In this document: piece by piece, positions 10,701-20,263 of the stretch
Position numbering within the stretch: position 1 is the stretch's first letter
Layout: every line of letters begins with the position of its first letter
Source of the DNA: Nitrosopumilus sp.
Lineage (GTDB): Archaea > Thermoproteota > Nitrososphaeria > Nitrososphaerales > Nitrosopumilaceae
Direction: 5' to 3'
DNA length: 64,000 nucleotides
Assembly: GCA_965223425.1 (NCBI GenBank)
Contig: OZ245003.1
Span: 1,856,001 to 1,920,000 of the forward strand
Made by a program: the position numbers and the translations under genes
The notes under the pieces: model-generated
What the model was told of the DNA's origin: nothing
Seen by the model: the letters and a program-made list of their open reading frames with translations, nothing else
Databases searched by the model: none

Positions 10701-11273
10701 TACTGCTTCTGTCTTTTTTTCATCAAAATAAGACAAGCCGATTAAATCCTCGATTGTTTTTCTCTTTTCTTCAGATGTAAATTCTGAAATTCTAGTAACG
10801 GTTCCCTGTTGAACCGCATTTAGTTGACCTAAACCCGCATTGGCCACATCAAGCAAATCAAGAATCTGACTACGGTTTGTTTTCTTTTTATTTAGATAGT
10901 ATGTGTTTTCCCCATTTGCATCCATTTCTCTTGTTATCTCAACAAGATCAGAATCAACTGGAATCTTTCTGTCTGTATTATCAAAATGAACGCTAGATCT
11001 TGCCATTTTTGGACCACGGCGAGCTCCTTCGATATCATGGATTAATGATCGTAGTTTGTCCACTCTCATGATTTTGGGCTTGTTCTCACCCATTGCAAAA
11101 ATAATGGCATCTAAGATGTTGCTTTTACCAGAACCATTTGGACCAGAGATCGATACAAGTCCAGGCTCAAACTGAACAGTGGTGTTCTTAAACCCAAATG
11201 ATTTGAAACCAAAGATCTCAACTTTTTTGACATGAACCAATAGGTGTGTTTTCACATTTGGCTGGATAATCAA
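7716..11273 (-). CDS. smc: chromosome segregation protein SMC
   Basis: GFKSF, GPNGSGKSN, long coiled coils with hinge, SGGEK, FDEVDAHLD; real start probably near 11240. Confidence 0.97.
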   Translation of the reverse strand: MIIQPNVKTHLLVHVKKVEIFGFKSFGFKNTTVQFEPGLVSISGPNGSGKSNILDAIIFAMGENKPKIMRVDKLRSLIHDIEGARRGPKMARSSVHFDNTDRKIPVDSDLVEITREMDANGENTYYLNKKKTNRSQILDLLDVANAGLGQLNAVQQGTVTRISEFTSEEKRKTIEDLIGLSYFDEKKTEAVKQLDEADRRLEIALAKMGEIKKRIDELEEERNQKLRHDILERELNRYKAIAAANKMKVVSSQKESKESMLRTITAEITKFDDERSALRTEIGSLETEKSKLMAEANDYSQEKASLDAEISTAMEQYEIDNSSISASKKRIEQLDNRIPEIKTELEEIINITSDIDTQILKTKESIEETNVKKNKVNDDLKIVDSQRNKILTEQSEAAAKKSEIDDKIKSLLAQLNDSKLKLSKTQHEKEQSEINIKKNSTRLSGLEQDVEQLSGYKSQLESMMKNHDATITELKSRITKLQKRKLKIADDMEELGLILEKSSTAANQYESKIKTVKGFMHEDYTVAKLKEDADKLGIEGLVYEMISWDKKYERSVLAVSSDWIKAIVVKDFATLLGLAEVARSKKLPKLKIIPLEAIPNFKLKIPKKSGVLGILANYVKCDPAYSALKTFLFGNIVLAESRESAYKISQAGYKAVTLGGEYFEAKGGTVVIDINSKISKLTKLISMSSDIDGLFQSISVIKKYMLKKKHSLKKLEDSIQSYAERLFVSEKSLATTNENYSNLKSRIISATNMKEQLTTRISKLASRNSTIESEIATNESHVESLHERIALVEENYSTGEQTRIANELSKINVKKADIEKLYTTVMNEYRDKSSQLTTLQTQASREKSQSNRLYDEENSLNLERQELETKIQGLEKQKESKNEVLVKLREKEQDLISTSGSSIGQLKEYDDKLKTLSDADKGLTRQINTLERQSDSLNRDLHDLVENETKLQQILSAFGFDKDMETFDVEPIVQGLTSELSSLNALNAKAPETYVEISYGYRSMSTRKNSLEEERNSIVKFIEGIEKDKRQTFLDAFDRVDKEIHLIFNKMTGGDAWLELQNEDDIFSSGISYLIQFPNKQKRESTSISGGEKTLAAIVFVLALQKLKPSPFYLFDEVDAHLDAPNAKRLANILEERSKESQFIMVSLKDSVVQKAKLIYGVFPKNGVSNVVTYKDKRMPSVRTS

Positions 11274-11311
11274 TGGTTAACAAGTTTAGTTGACATAATT
11301 GCATAATTTTT

Positions 11312-11413
11312 CGTAACAATTCGGATTTCTGGAGTGCCGTGCCTAAATTGGATGTAAAATCTGTGATTTTGATGTGTTTTACGCATGTAACTTCATAAAC
11401 TCGAACTGTTACA
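11312..11413. mobile_element. 102-bp MITE (TGT...ACA type ends, IS481/IS3-like)
   Basis: 6-bp TSD ATTTTT; reverse-complement copy at 15697-15798. Confidence 0.85.
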
Positions 11414-11491
11414 ATTTTTCTTGTTTTACTATGAGATTTTTCGTAGCGGTGTTGTGCCTACCTATAATTATGAAGGGATTATTCTAAATTC

Positions 11492-12229
11492 ATGGTAAAG
11501 ATTGGAGTGATTCAAACCAAATCCTATACTGCAAACCAAGAAGGAATTTCTAGAATTTCTGCATTGCTTGAGAAACTTGGAAGAAATGAAACAGACATTG
11601 TTTGCTTGCCTGAACAGTGGTTAAGGATCAACGAGATTCCAGATTTTGACTCAGAGTTTTCAGATTTTAAGAAAATCGCCAAGAATTTCTCAATGACTGT
11701 AATTCCAGGAGCATTTTATAAAACAACGAGGAAAAACACCTCAATTCTTGCACCCATAATCGGACCAAAAGGGGAATTTATTGGCAAGCAGGAAAAAATC
11801 CACCCGTTTGACTATGAAAAAGACAAGGTAAAACCTGGAAAGGAAGCTAAAATCTTCAATACAGCATGTAGATTCGGAGTGATAATTTGCTATGATATGG
11901 TATTTCCAAAGGTAGCCGGCACACTAGTGAAAAAGGGGGCACAAGTGTTGTTATCACCAAGCAGGATTGTCAAAAGGGGCATAGAGCCCTGGCACATGTA
12001 TGTTCAAGTAAGAGCATTAGAGAACAGAATACCAATTCTTGCAGCTAATGTAGAGAATCACAGGTTTGGGGGCGAAAGTATTGTTGTGGATTTAACTGAA
12101 AACAACAAAGTAGTCACAACAAAAACCACTAAATTAAAAGGTCAGAGTGCAATTGCAAGAGAATTTGATCTTAAAAAATATGAAAAAACTAGAAAGAACA
12201 GATTTTCAGATTCTAACAAGTTTCAATAG
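11492..12229 (+). CDS. carbon-nitrogen hydrolase (nitrilase superfamily)
   Basis: E-K-C triad: CLPEQW, QEKIHPF, IICYD; RALEN motif. Confidence 0.92.
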   Translation: MVKIGVIQTKSYTANQEGISRISALLEKLGRNETDIVCLPEQWLRINEIPDFDSEFSDFKKIAKNFSMTVIPGAFYKTTRKNTSILAPIIGPKGEFIGKQEKIHPFDYEKDKVKPGKEAKIFNTACRFGVIICYDMVFPKVAGTLVKKGAQVLLSPSRIVKRGIEPWHMYVQVRALENRIPILAANVENHRFGGESIVVDLTENNKVVTTKTTKLKGQSAIAREFDLKKYEKTRKNRFSDSNKFQ

Positions 12230-13324
12230 CTATGTGCCTGCAACAAACTTCTCACACGCATCTTTTGCTGCAACATCTGAGGTTTGTTCTATTGGATGTT
12301 TCATCAAATAAGCACTTGCAGGTTTAATTGGTCCACCAACCCCTCTATCAAGCGCAATTTTTGCTAACCTAACTGCATCAATTACTATTCCTGCAGAGTT
12401 TGCTTTATCATCAACCTCTAAACGAACTTCCATATTATATGGAATATTTGCCCATTGGCGTCCTTCAATTCGCATAAACATGAGTTTAGTATTGCCTAAG
12501 AATGGAATGAAATCAGAAGGACCAACATAGATTTGGTCATCATCCAGTCTTTCATCGAGCTGACTTTGAACACTTTCAGTTTTAGAGATTTTTTTAGAAA
12601 CAAGTCTTTCCTGTTCTTTCATATTTAGAAAATCAGTGTTGCCTCCAACATTGATTTGGTATGTTTTTTCAATTTTAGTTCCTCTATCATTACATAATTT
12701 AGCTAAGGTCCTATGAACGATAGTTGCACCAACTTGACCCTTAATGTCATCACCAATACAAGGAATATTTTTTTCTTCGAATTTTTTGGCCCAGTTCTCA
12801 TCTGAGGCAATAAATGAGGGAATACAATTTACAAATGCAGTATTTGTGTCAAGACAAATTTGAGCCCAAAACTCGGTTACTTTATCAGAGCCTACAGGCA
12901 AATACGATACAAGAATTTCAGCGCCAGAGTCTTTGATAATTTGTTTTACTTTTTCTGCAATCTGTTCAGTGGTTTTGTCACTTTGAATTGGCTTGACTCT
13001 ATTTTCCACCCACAATCCAACTCCATCCAATACAGGACTCTCATAGACTTTAGCGTCAGTTTTTGGCATTTCACCTTTAGGAATCCAATCAACCATGTTT
13101 GGATATTCATATATTGCCTCCATGAGGGGCTTGCCGACTTTGTTTTCACCAACATCAAATCCACAAACAAAGTCTATATCATAAATGCCATATCCTGCTA
13201 ATTTTTCATGAATGATGCCAATTACTTGTTGAGAGGGATTTTTTCGATAGTATTCAATACCTTGAATCAATCCTGAAAAACAATTACCAATACCTACCAA
13301 ACCGACTTTAATTCTGTCCCCCAT
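12230..13324 (-). CDS. ino1: myo-inositol-1-phosphate synthase
   Basis: GIGNC, SYLPVGS, GDDIKGQVGAT, GGNTDFLNM, SKKISKT, DKANSAG motifs. Confidence 0.95.
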   Translation of the reverse strand: MGDRIKVGLVGIGNCFSGLIQGIEYYRKNPSQQVIGIIHEKLAGYGIYDIDFVCGFDVGENKVGKPLMEAIYEYPNMVDWIPKGEMPKTDAKVYESPVLDGVGLWVENRVKPIQSDKTTEQIAEKVKQIIKDSGAEILVSYLPVGSDKVTEFWAQICLDTNTAFVNCIPSFIASDENWAKKFEEKNIPCIGDDIKGQVGATIVHRTLAKLCNDRGTKIEKTYQINVGGNTDFLNMKEQERLVSKKISKTESVQSQLDERLDDDQIYVGPSDFIPFLGNTKLMFMRIEGRQWANIPYNMEVRLEVDDKANSAGIVIDAVRLAKIALDRGVGGPIKPASAYLMKHPIEQTSDVAAKDACEKFVAGT

Positions 13325-13405
13325 TTGAAAACTGGTGTTGTTAGACGGGTTTAAAGTTTTCTTGATAGTTACAAAAATAGTTTCAATTAAGGCAGAATTT
13401 TATAC

Positions 13406-14368
13406 TTGGCACCAACGAATCAGATTATGGTAGATCTAGGCAGGCCAGTAAAAGACATTGAAATTGACTCAAATTCGTCAATAGAAAAAATCTTTGAAGA
13501 GTTGTCTCAATCAGGAGGATTTGAGTCAGTAAATCTTGCAGATGGATTAAAAATTTTAACAGAAATGATTTCAGACGAGCAATGTCTTAAATTTGTCTCA
13601 TTTGTAGGCGCTGTTGTTTCAACAGGGTTAAGAGGAATCATCAGAAACATGATCAAAAACAATTGGTTTGATGTTGCCATAACAACTTGTGGTGCATTAG
13701 ATCATGATATTGCAAGACATTTTTCGCATTACAAAGAAGGCTCGTTTACAATGGATGACATGGAATTAGCTGATCAGAACATTCACAGGTTAGGAAATGT
13801 ACTCGTGCCCATGGATAGCTATGGGCCGCTCATTGAAGAAAAGATGCAGGCATTCTTAGAAGAAGAGTATCAGAATGGGAAAAAGGAAATGACAACTGCC
13901 GAAATATGCAAAATGATTGGCAAACACCTAGGCGAGGATTCGTTTCTTTATTGGGCAAACAAAAATGATGTCAATGTGATAGTTCCAGGAATAATGGACG
14001 GGGCAGTAGGAAGTCAGATTTGGCTATTTACGCAAAAACACAGTGATTTCAAATTAAACATGACAGGGGATGCAGATTTACTTTCTGGATTGATTTTCAA
14101 AGCTGAAAAATCAGGAGCGTTCATGATTGGAGGCGGAATTTCAAAACACCATACATTGTGGTGGAACCAATACAGGGAAGGGCTAGACTATGCATTTTAC
14201 ATTACAACTGCACAAGAGTTTGACGGCAGTCTTAGCGGGGCACTGGTAAGAGAAGCAATTTCCTGGGGAAAAGTAACACAAAAGGCAAAACAGGCAACAC
14301 TTCATGCAGAAGTAACAACGATTTTACCATTCATTTATGCAGCACTTGCTTCAAAATTAAAAAATTAG
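13406..14368 (+). CDS. dys: deoxyhypusine synthase
   Basis: HRLGNV, GGGISKHH, DGSLSGA, EAISWGK (catalytic Lys). Confidence 0.95.
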   Translation: MAPTNQIMVDLGRPVKDIEIDSNSSIEKIFEELSQSGGFESVNLADGLKILTEMISDEQCLKFVSFVGAVVSTGLRGIIRNMIKNNWFDVAITTCGALDHDIARHFSHYKEGSFTMDDMELADQNIHRLGNVLVPMDSYGPLIEEKMQAFLEEEYQNGKKEMTTAEICKMIGKHLGEDSFLYWANKNDVNVIVPGIMDGAVGSQIWLFTQKHSDFKLNMTGDADLLSGLIFKAEKSGAFMIGGGISKHHTLWWNQYREGLDYAFYITTAQEFDGSLSGALVREAISWGKVTQKAKQATLHAEVTTILPFIYAALASKLKN

Positions 14369-14402
14369 ATAAAAACTATTATCCTATTAATACAAAAACT
14401 AA

Positions 14403-15119
14403 TTGTTGTTTCCCAGAATCAGAATAAAAGAACTAAAACCACTAAATTTAGAAGAGGGCTATCTGATTGACGGGTTCCCTTCAGTGGGATTTAGCAGCGC
14501 AATTGCAACTGAATCAATGGTGCACACGTCACAGTTTGAAGTGGCCGGAGTTATCGACTCGGACAGTTTTCCCCCAATCAGCGTTATTAAAAACGGCAAG
14601 CCCAATTATCCAACCAGGATTTTTGCTAATGATGATTTGAAAGTAGGGGTGTTTTTGTCATATCTTACACTTGATCAGGCATTTCATCGAACCGTAGCTA
14701 AAACAATGCTAAAGTGGGCAAAGAAACACAAAATCGGATTAATTCTGAGCAGTGTGGCAGTCAAGACACCAGAAGGTATTGAAGAAATGGTATGCATTGG
14801 AAGTACAGATTCTGCAAGAGAGAAAATCAACAAAGCTGGTTTGAAAGTTTTAGAACATGGAACAGTTCCAGGAATTCCAGGACTGTTATTAAACGAAGGA
14901 AGCCTAACAGGTCAGGACGTGATCGTAATAATTTTCCATACGGATGGCAAGGGTCCTGATTTCAAATCAAGCGCACAACTTTGCCTTGCAATGTCCAAAT
15001 TAATTCCGGGAGTGTCATGTGATATTTCTTCGTTACAAAAAGAAGCTGAAAAAGCTGAAGTGGTGATAAAAGAGGCAGAAGAGGAATCAAAGCACCTTAA
15101 AGGTTCCATGTATAGATAG
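14403..15119 (+). CDS. PAC2 family proteasome assembly chaperone
   Basis: LIDGFPSVG N-terminal motif, GIPGLLL, PDFKSS, C-terminal MYR HbYX motif. Confidence 0.88.
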   Translation: MLFPRIRIKELKPLNLEEGYLIDGFPSVGFSSAIATESMVHTSQFEVAGVIDSDSFPPISVIKNGKPNYPTRIFANDDLKVGVFLSYLTLDQAFHRTVAKTMLKWAKKHKIGLILSSVAVKTPEGIEEMVCIGSTDSAREKINKAGLKVLEHGTVPGIPGLLLNEGSLTGQDVIVIIFHTDGKGPDFKSSAQLCLAMSKLIPGVSCDISSLQKEAEKAEVVIKEAEEESKHLKGSMYR

Positions 15120-15206
15120 AATTTTTCTGTTGTACGAAAAGTAAGTCCGCCTAGGATCAGGAGAACAATAGATGATTATTTCAGGCTGTACCGATCCAGA
15201 AAAGAT

Positions 15207-15314
15207 ATGGCAAAAAGACTGACAGAAAAATCCCGACAGCACATAATCAGACAGCGCAAAAAGGGAATCGTCTCCGCCCAGATAGCCAAGGATCTTGGCA
15301 TCACGGCAAGACAT
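15207..15314 (+). pseudogene. IS481 transposase N-terminal fragment
   Basis: MAKRLTEKSRQHIIRQRKKG..., homologous to the 5' end of the IS481 copy at 21384-22430; cut by ISH3 at ACAT. Confidence 0.8.
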
Positions 15315-15571
15315 CAGTAGTTCCCAGATGTAGATTTGTGCCCAGATGTATGCTTATGCCCAGATGCCGGTGCGTTACCGCATATTGCAATGCAAAGATC
15401 CAGATTAGGTTACGGTGTGCAAGATGTCATGAGCAATCAAACACAAGACGATCTGATCGCACACCAGTACGACATAGCATCAAACCGGTTTAAAATCTTG
15501 CGCTCGTCGTTTCAAAAGCTTGGCATGCCAATGTCTGAGAGGCACAACGCCGTATACGGATGCAACGACAT
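15315..15571 (+). mobile_element. ISH3-family left-end fragment
   Basis: IR CAGTAGTTCCCAGATGTAG, subterminal 18-bp repeats and transposase 5' end similar to 55965 onward. Confidence 0.85.
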
Positions 15572-15990
15572 CAGTAGTTCCCAGATGTAGATTTACCGCA
15601 ACCGCAACTGGCACCGGTTATATTTGCCTCGATCAATGACAAACGACTTGTTTCTGCCTGTAATGTACACGATAAACAACGCCATGGTAAGTTTTTTGTA
15701 ACTGATCGAGTTTATGAAGTTGCATGCGTAAAACACATCAAAATCACAGATTTTACATCCAATTTAGGCACGGCACTTCAGAAACACGAGCTGTTACAGT
15801 TTTTTTCCCGCAGAAGACACTCTTCCGTGCCTCTTTTCTGCATCAAGGCAGAACCTGGCAATCCTCCACAGGTTGTACAGCAGCAGCAGCGGCAGATAAA
15901 ACATCAGCAGCCTCACAGCCAGGGAGTTGCTGCATGTCCTGCCCATGATTTCCTTTATGACGCGAAACCCCGTCTCGATGCCCCATCTTG
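15572..15990 (-). mobile_element. ISH3-family right-end fragment (inserted in the previous copy, carries a MITE)
   Basis: same IR; RWGIETGFR...LYNLWR C-terminus; near-identical to 22462-22770. Confidence 0.85.
15697..15798. mobile_element. 102-bp MITE
   Basis: TGTAAC...GTTACA ends, 6-bp TSD GTTTTT; absent from the other ISH3 copies; homologous to 11312-11413. Confidence 0.9.
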
Positions 15991-16135
15991 AACACATGAT
16001 AACCACCTCGTCGTAGTTGTAGTGATGAATCGACCCCTGTGTACGTATGGGCCATGCGCCCTTGAGTTTGAATGGGGCAGTCCGAGCTGCTGTGTGATTG
16101 GGCCTTGCGCCCTGATAGGTGTATGCAGCTTCCGA
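15991..16135 (+). ncRNA. candidate IS110 bridge RNA (non-coding left end)
   Basis: two tandem stem/internal-loop/hairpin units at 16034-16077 and 16085-16130, directly upstream of the IS110 recombinase ATG (16170). Confidence 0.65.
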
Positions 16136-16672
16136 TCCGTCAAAGATCCGAAAGGAGGTGATAGAAAGGATGAGCAAAGGAACAATCAGCATAGGAATAG
16201 ACATTGGAAAGAGAAAATGTGACGTATGCGTCATGGACGGGAAGGGAAAGGTTTTGCATACTGGCCAGTATCAAAACACCGTCTCAGATGCAGACAGATT
16301 CGCAGAACAGACGGCACTCAGGTATTCTGCCAGAAGATGTCAGGCAGCATGCGAGACGACGGGCAACATGTGGAACATCACATACGGCGCCTTTGAGAGA
16401 CATGGAATCGACATAAAGCTTGCCAACACCTACAAGATGGCAATAATTGCAAAGACGGGAAAGAAGACAGACAAGATTGACGCACAAAAGATAGCAAGCG
16501 TATTGAGGATGGATTCAATACCAGAGTGTTATGTGCCGTCAGCTGACACAAGAGGAGTCCGGGCCATGGTCAGACAGAGGATCAGGACCGTACAGGACAG
16601 GACACGCGTGATAAACCGCGTCCACAGCCTGCTTGACAGATACGATGTGAAAATCGATGCCTCTGAGATGTA

Positions 16673-17781
16673 TAGTCTAGAGCAAAAGTTCTTGAGATCA
16701 AATATGTTAGACAGAAATACATTTTGATCACGCCGCACCACGCATTACAATGCCCACAGTAAAATCCGAAGACCTGAAGAAAGCGTACAAGAGGGAGAAG
16801 AACCCTCGTGTCAAGATCAGAATGGCGGCCGTAAACATGGTGTGCATGAACAATGAAAGCATTCAACATGTGGCAGACTCGCTCATGCAGTGCCCCAACT
16901 GGGTGTCCTTCTGGGTGGAACGCTTCAAGGAGGAGGAGGGCGGCATAGACGCCCTCCGGGATCTTCCAAAGACAGGCAGGCCGCCAAAGGTTCGGTTGGA
17001 CAAGATTGCAAGGGTTGTATCAGATGCAAACAGCAGCGGCATTATTACGCCAAAAAGACTCAAAAGCGACATACAAAAAAGATTCAAAGTAAAATACCAC
17101 ATAACCAGCATCAGAAAGATAATGCACAAGCTTGGAATGTCTGCCAAGACGGCTCAGCGCATCCACGTCGGCAGGGCAGAAATTGACAAAATCAAAAGGT
17201 GGCAACACAATGCAAAAAGGCGGATTTCACGCCTGGAATTGAAGGGTTTTACAACTGTCGTTTTTGACGAATCGATATTCATCGACGATCCTGCAAGTGG
17301 CGCAAAGTACTGGTCACCAAAAGGGGAGCCAATCACAACGACATACAAGGGACGGTACGGCAGGAGGGTGGTGGCATACGGCTCCATTGCGACAGACGGC
17401 AGGCAGTTCTTTAGGACATATGACAGGTTTGACAAGGAGACGGTTCTGCAATACATCAAGGAGATGACAAGTCATTTTGGCAAGGTGACAATCATCATGG
17501 ACAACGCGCCGCAGCACAAGGCAAGGATTGTAAAAGAGTTTCTTGCAGGCAACCCCGATGTCAGGACAATATGGCTTCCGACTGCAACGCCTGAGCTCAG
17601 TGTAGTTGAGGAGTACTGGCATCAGGCAAAACGGGACGTGTCGGTATCTGAATATTACGCTACGGTTGTGCACATGCGCCATGCAATGTCAGAATATTTC
17701 AGGACAGCCCGTCCCAAGCTTGATGCGATGAAGTTTATCTGTAGAAGGTCGCTCACTCTCAAAAACTTTTGATTGACACTA
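16673..17781 (+). mobile_element. IS630-family element
   Basis: imperfect IRs TAGTCTAGAGCAAAAGTTCTTGAGA / TAGTGTCAATCAAAAGTTTTTGAGA; TA duplication; removal restores the IS110 frame (EMYAIK). Confidence 0.92.
16750..17772 (+). CDS. IS630 transposase, intact
   Basis: HTH, GRPP, FDES, MDNAPQH, PELSVVEEYW DDE motifs. Confidence 0.93.
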   Translation: MPTVKSEDLKKAYKREKNPRVKIRMAAVNMVCMNNESIQHVADSLMQCPNWVSFWVERFKEEEGGIDALRDLPKTGRPPKVRLDKIARVVSDANSSGIITPKRLKSDIQKRFKVKYHITSIRKIMHKLGMSAKTAQRIHVGRAEIDKIKRWQHNAKRRISRLELKGFTTVVFDESIFIDDPASGAKYWSPKGEPITTTYKGRYGRRVVAYGSIATDGRQFFRTYDRFDKETVLQYIKEMTSHFGKVTIIMDNAPQHKARIVKEFLAGNPDVRTIWLPTATPELSVVEEYWHQAKRDVSVSEYYATVVHMRHAMSEYFRTARPKLDAMKFICRRSLTLKNF

Positions 17782-18298
17782 TATGCCATAAAGGCCGTAG
17801 AACAGATGGAGTCTGCAAGCCTGGGATCCGTACATGACGAAATAGTACCGAGTCAGTGTGCCCGGCAGATAAGGAGCCTTACCGAGGAGATAAGACACAT
17901 GGATGAACACCTGGAAAAGGAGGCATCGGTAAACGAGGATGCAAAACTTCTTGCCAGCATGACTGGCATGGGAATCTACTCTGCACTGCTGCTTGCCGTC
18001 GAGATAGCCGACATTGTCAGATTCGAGACCCCAAAGAATCCCGTCTCATGGGCAGGCCTGTGTCCGGCGATACGCCAGTCAGGCGACAAAAACTACATGG
18101 GCAGAATCAAAAAGCTTGACACCAACAGTCTGGTCAACTGGGTCATGTGCGAGGCTGCAAACACGGCGGCAATTCATGATACCAGAATGAAGGCAGTATA
18201 CGAGTCTTCCAAGAGAAGACATGCAGGCAAGCATGCACTTGCCATAGTGACTGTCGCCAACAAGATGATAACCATAGCGTGGCACATACTCAAGACCA

Positions 18299-19437
18299 TA
18301 GTAAGTACATAAAAAACCTGAACCATTTTGACAATTATTTTTGGCCAAAAGATCCAAGACCGGCCATACCGCACACACTGCATGTACAAACAAAAAAAGA
18401 GACAGGCTGCAGGGGGGCAAAATTTCTGCCAAACACCGGCGTTGCAGACCTCAAAAGGGCATACAAAAAAGAGACCGATCCCAGAAGGCGCGACAGGCTG
18501 CTTGCGTACATGCAGCGCAAGGACGGCGTGCCGCTAGACAGGATCGGAAGGATGCTGGGAAGGCCCAAGTCCACCATATCTGCATGGCTCAACCGCGCAC
18601 AGGACGAGGGAATGCGCGCAAGGTTCGAGCGCAGCGGCAGGGGACGAAAGCACCTGATAGGCGGGCCGCAGGCAAGACAGCTTGCAGCGGACCTGGATGC
18701 GGGGCCGGAGTCATGCGGCTTTGAGAGCAGCCTGTGGGACTCCAACCTCGCAAGGCTGCACATCAAGCGAAAGTTCGGCGTGCAGTACAGCAAGGCAGGC
18801 GCGCTGCAGCTGGTCAGGGAGATGGGCTTTTCGTGGAGCAAGGCGCGTCCAAAAAACCCAAGATCAGCCTCAAAAAGAAAGCAAAAAGAGTTTCAGGAGC
18901 GGGCAAAAAAACTCGTTGCAGAAAAGTCGGCGCAGGGGTACACCGTACTGGCCGGCGATGCATCCTCGATTCAAAAGGCATCAAACAGGCCCGGCTACGG
19001 GTGGAGAAGGCGCGGCAAGCGCGCCACATCCCCCTCTGTTTTGTCACGCAAGAGAAGATACATTTGGAGTCCTGTCAGCAAGCGCGTTTTACTTTATGTT
19101 TTATGAAAAGCCAGACAGCGACAGCTTTTGCAGCTTTTTGGAACGGGTTCACAAAAGATTCGGCAGGGTGCTGCTGTTTGTAGACAATGCGTCATATCAC
19201 AAATCCAAAAAGGTAAGGGAGTTTCTGGAAAGATACAACGGCGAGATAGTTCTGGAGTACCTGCTGCCGTACACGCCGGAGCTTAATCCCATTGAGATGC
19301 AGTGGAGGGTGATAAAGCGGGTACTGTCTGCAAAGGTGTTTGGCACGCTAGATGAGATGGAGCAGTCAGTACGCAAGCTGTTTGCCAGAAAGGAGATCCT
19401 GCCTGTGAAAATGTTCAATTATTTAATGTGCTAACTA
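18299..19437 (+). mobile_element. IS630-family element with frameshifted transposase
   Basis: IRs TAGTAAGTACAT.../TAGTTAGCACAT...; ORFs 18279-19106 (GDAS) and to 19434 (VDNASYH, PELNPIEMQW) join by a frameshift near 19060. Confidence 0.9.
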
Positions 19438-20211
19438 TGCTATACCATCTCTAGAATCATCAGTGCTATTTCCGGCAATGATTGCGGCAAGTGCAGTCCC
19501 ATGATCATGAGTTTTAGTTGTGGGAGGGCAATTACTGTTACCACAGTTTACTTTACCTGCTTGCTTTCCTTCCAAATCAGGATGTGAGAAATCCACGCCT
19601 CTATCAATAACTGCTACGGTAATCCCGGTACCATGATAATTATACGGATGTGCAGGAATATTGCTTGCGCCACTGGCGGATTTGGCCTGATCCATATTGA
19701 GCCCTAATTCCTCAAATGGAGGTTCGTCCCCAATCTTGTAAATGAAAGTATAGTTTGCCAGCTCAGCTATTCTGTCAATGGGAACATCCGCAGAGACAAA
19801 ATCCAACGCAGTAGACACAAAAATATCTCTGGCATTGGCAGACAATAAAATTTCACGTAACTGGTATTCAGTACCGTTGATTGTATTGATCAGTATAGGA
19901 TGTGTTGGAATACTTTGCTGTCTTGCTGTTTGGTCTGATTTTGCAGCTGTACGGTCGTATTCTATCTGCATCTGCTGAATTTTTTCATAAAAACCAGCGT
20001 CAAATTTGTACATGTTCTCTTCGTGGCATAAGATTCCCATGCAGAAAATGACATCAGTGTAATTATCAAGACCGCAACAATTAGTTTTTCAAGGTCAGTG
20101 TTTTTCATTTTTAATGTTAATCAATTTAAGAACGGTTACAATATAAATGAGCTACCGAAATCAGTTAATCATAACTTCACTTCCGAGACAACTGTCCATA
20201 TCAAATGCATC
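19435..20211 (-). pseudogene. subtilisin-like S8 protease pseudogene
   Basis: GTGITVAVIDRGVD (Asp) and HDHGTALAAIIAG (His); truncated by IS630 before the catalytic Ser; 5' end degraded. Confidence 0.8.
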
Positions 20212-20263
20212 CATTCATATGCAGAACAACATACCAAGAATCATCTTAAATTGGAAACTCTCA

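Larger units (their letters stand above)
16170..18300 (+). pseudogene. IS110-family recombinase split by IS630 and truncated by a second IS630
   Basis: DEDD domain GIDIGK, ACETTG, KTDKIDA (16170-16672); resumes in frame at 17782 with SWAGLCPAIRQSG and VANKM. Confidence 0.92.

Noticed and set aside
18899-18912. programmed frameshift at the A7 run of the second IS630
   Set aside because: The first ORF reads through it into the catalytic GDAS motif; the actual break is near 19060 and looks mutational.
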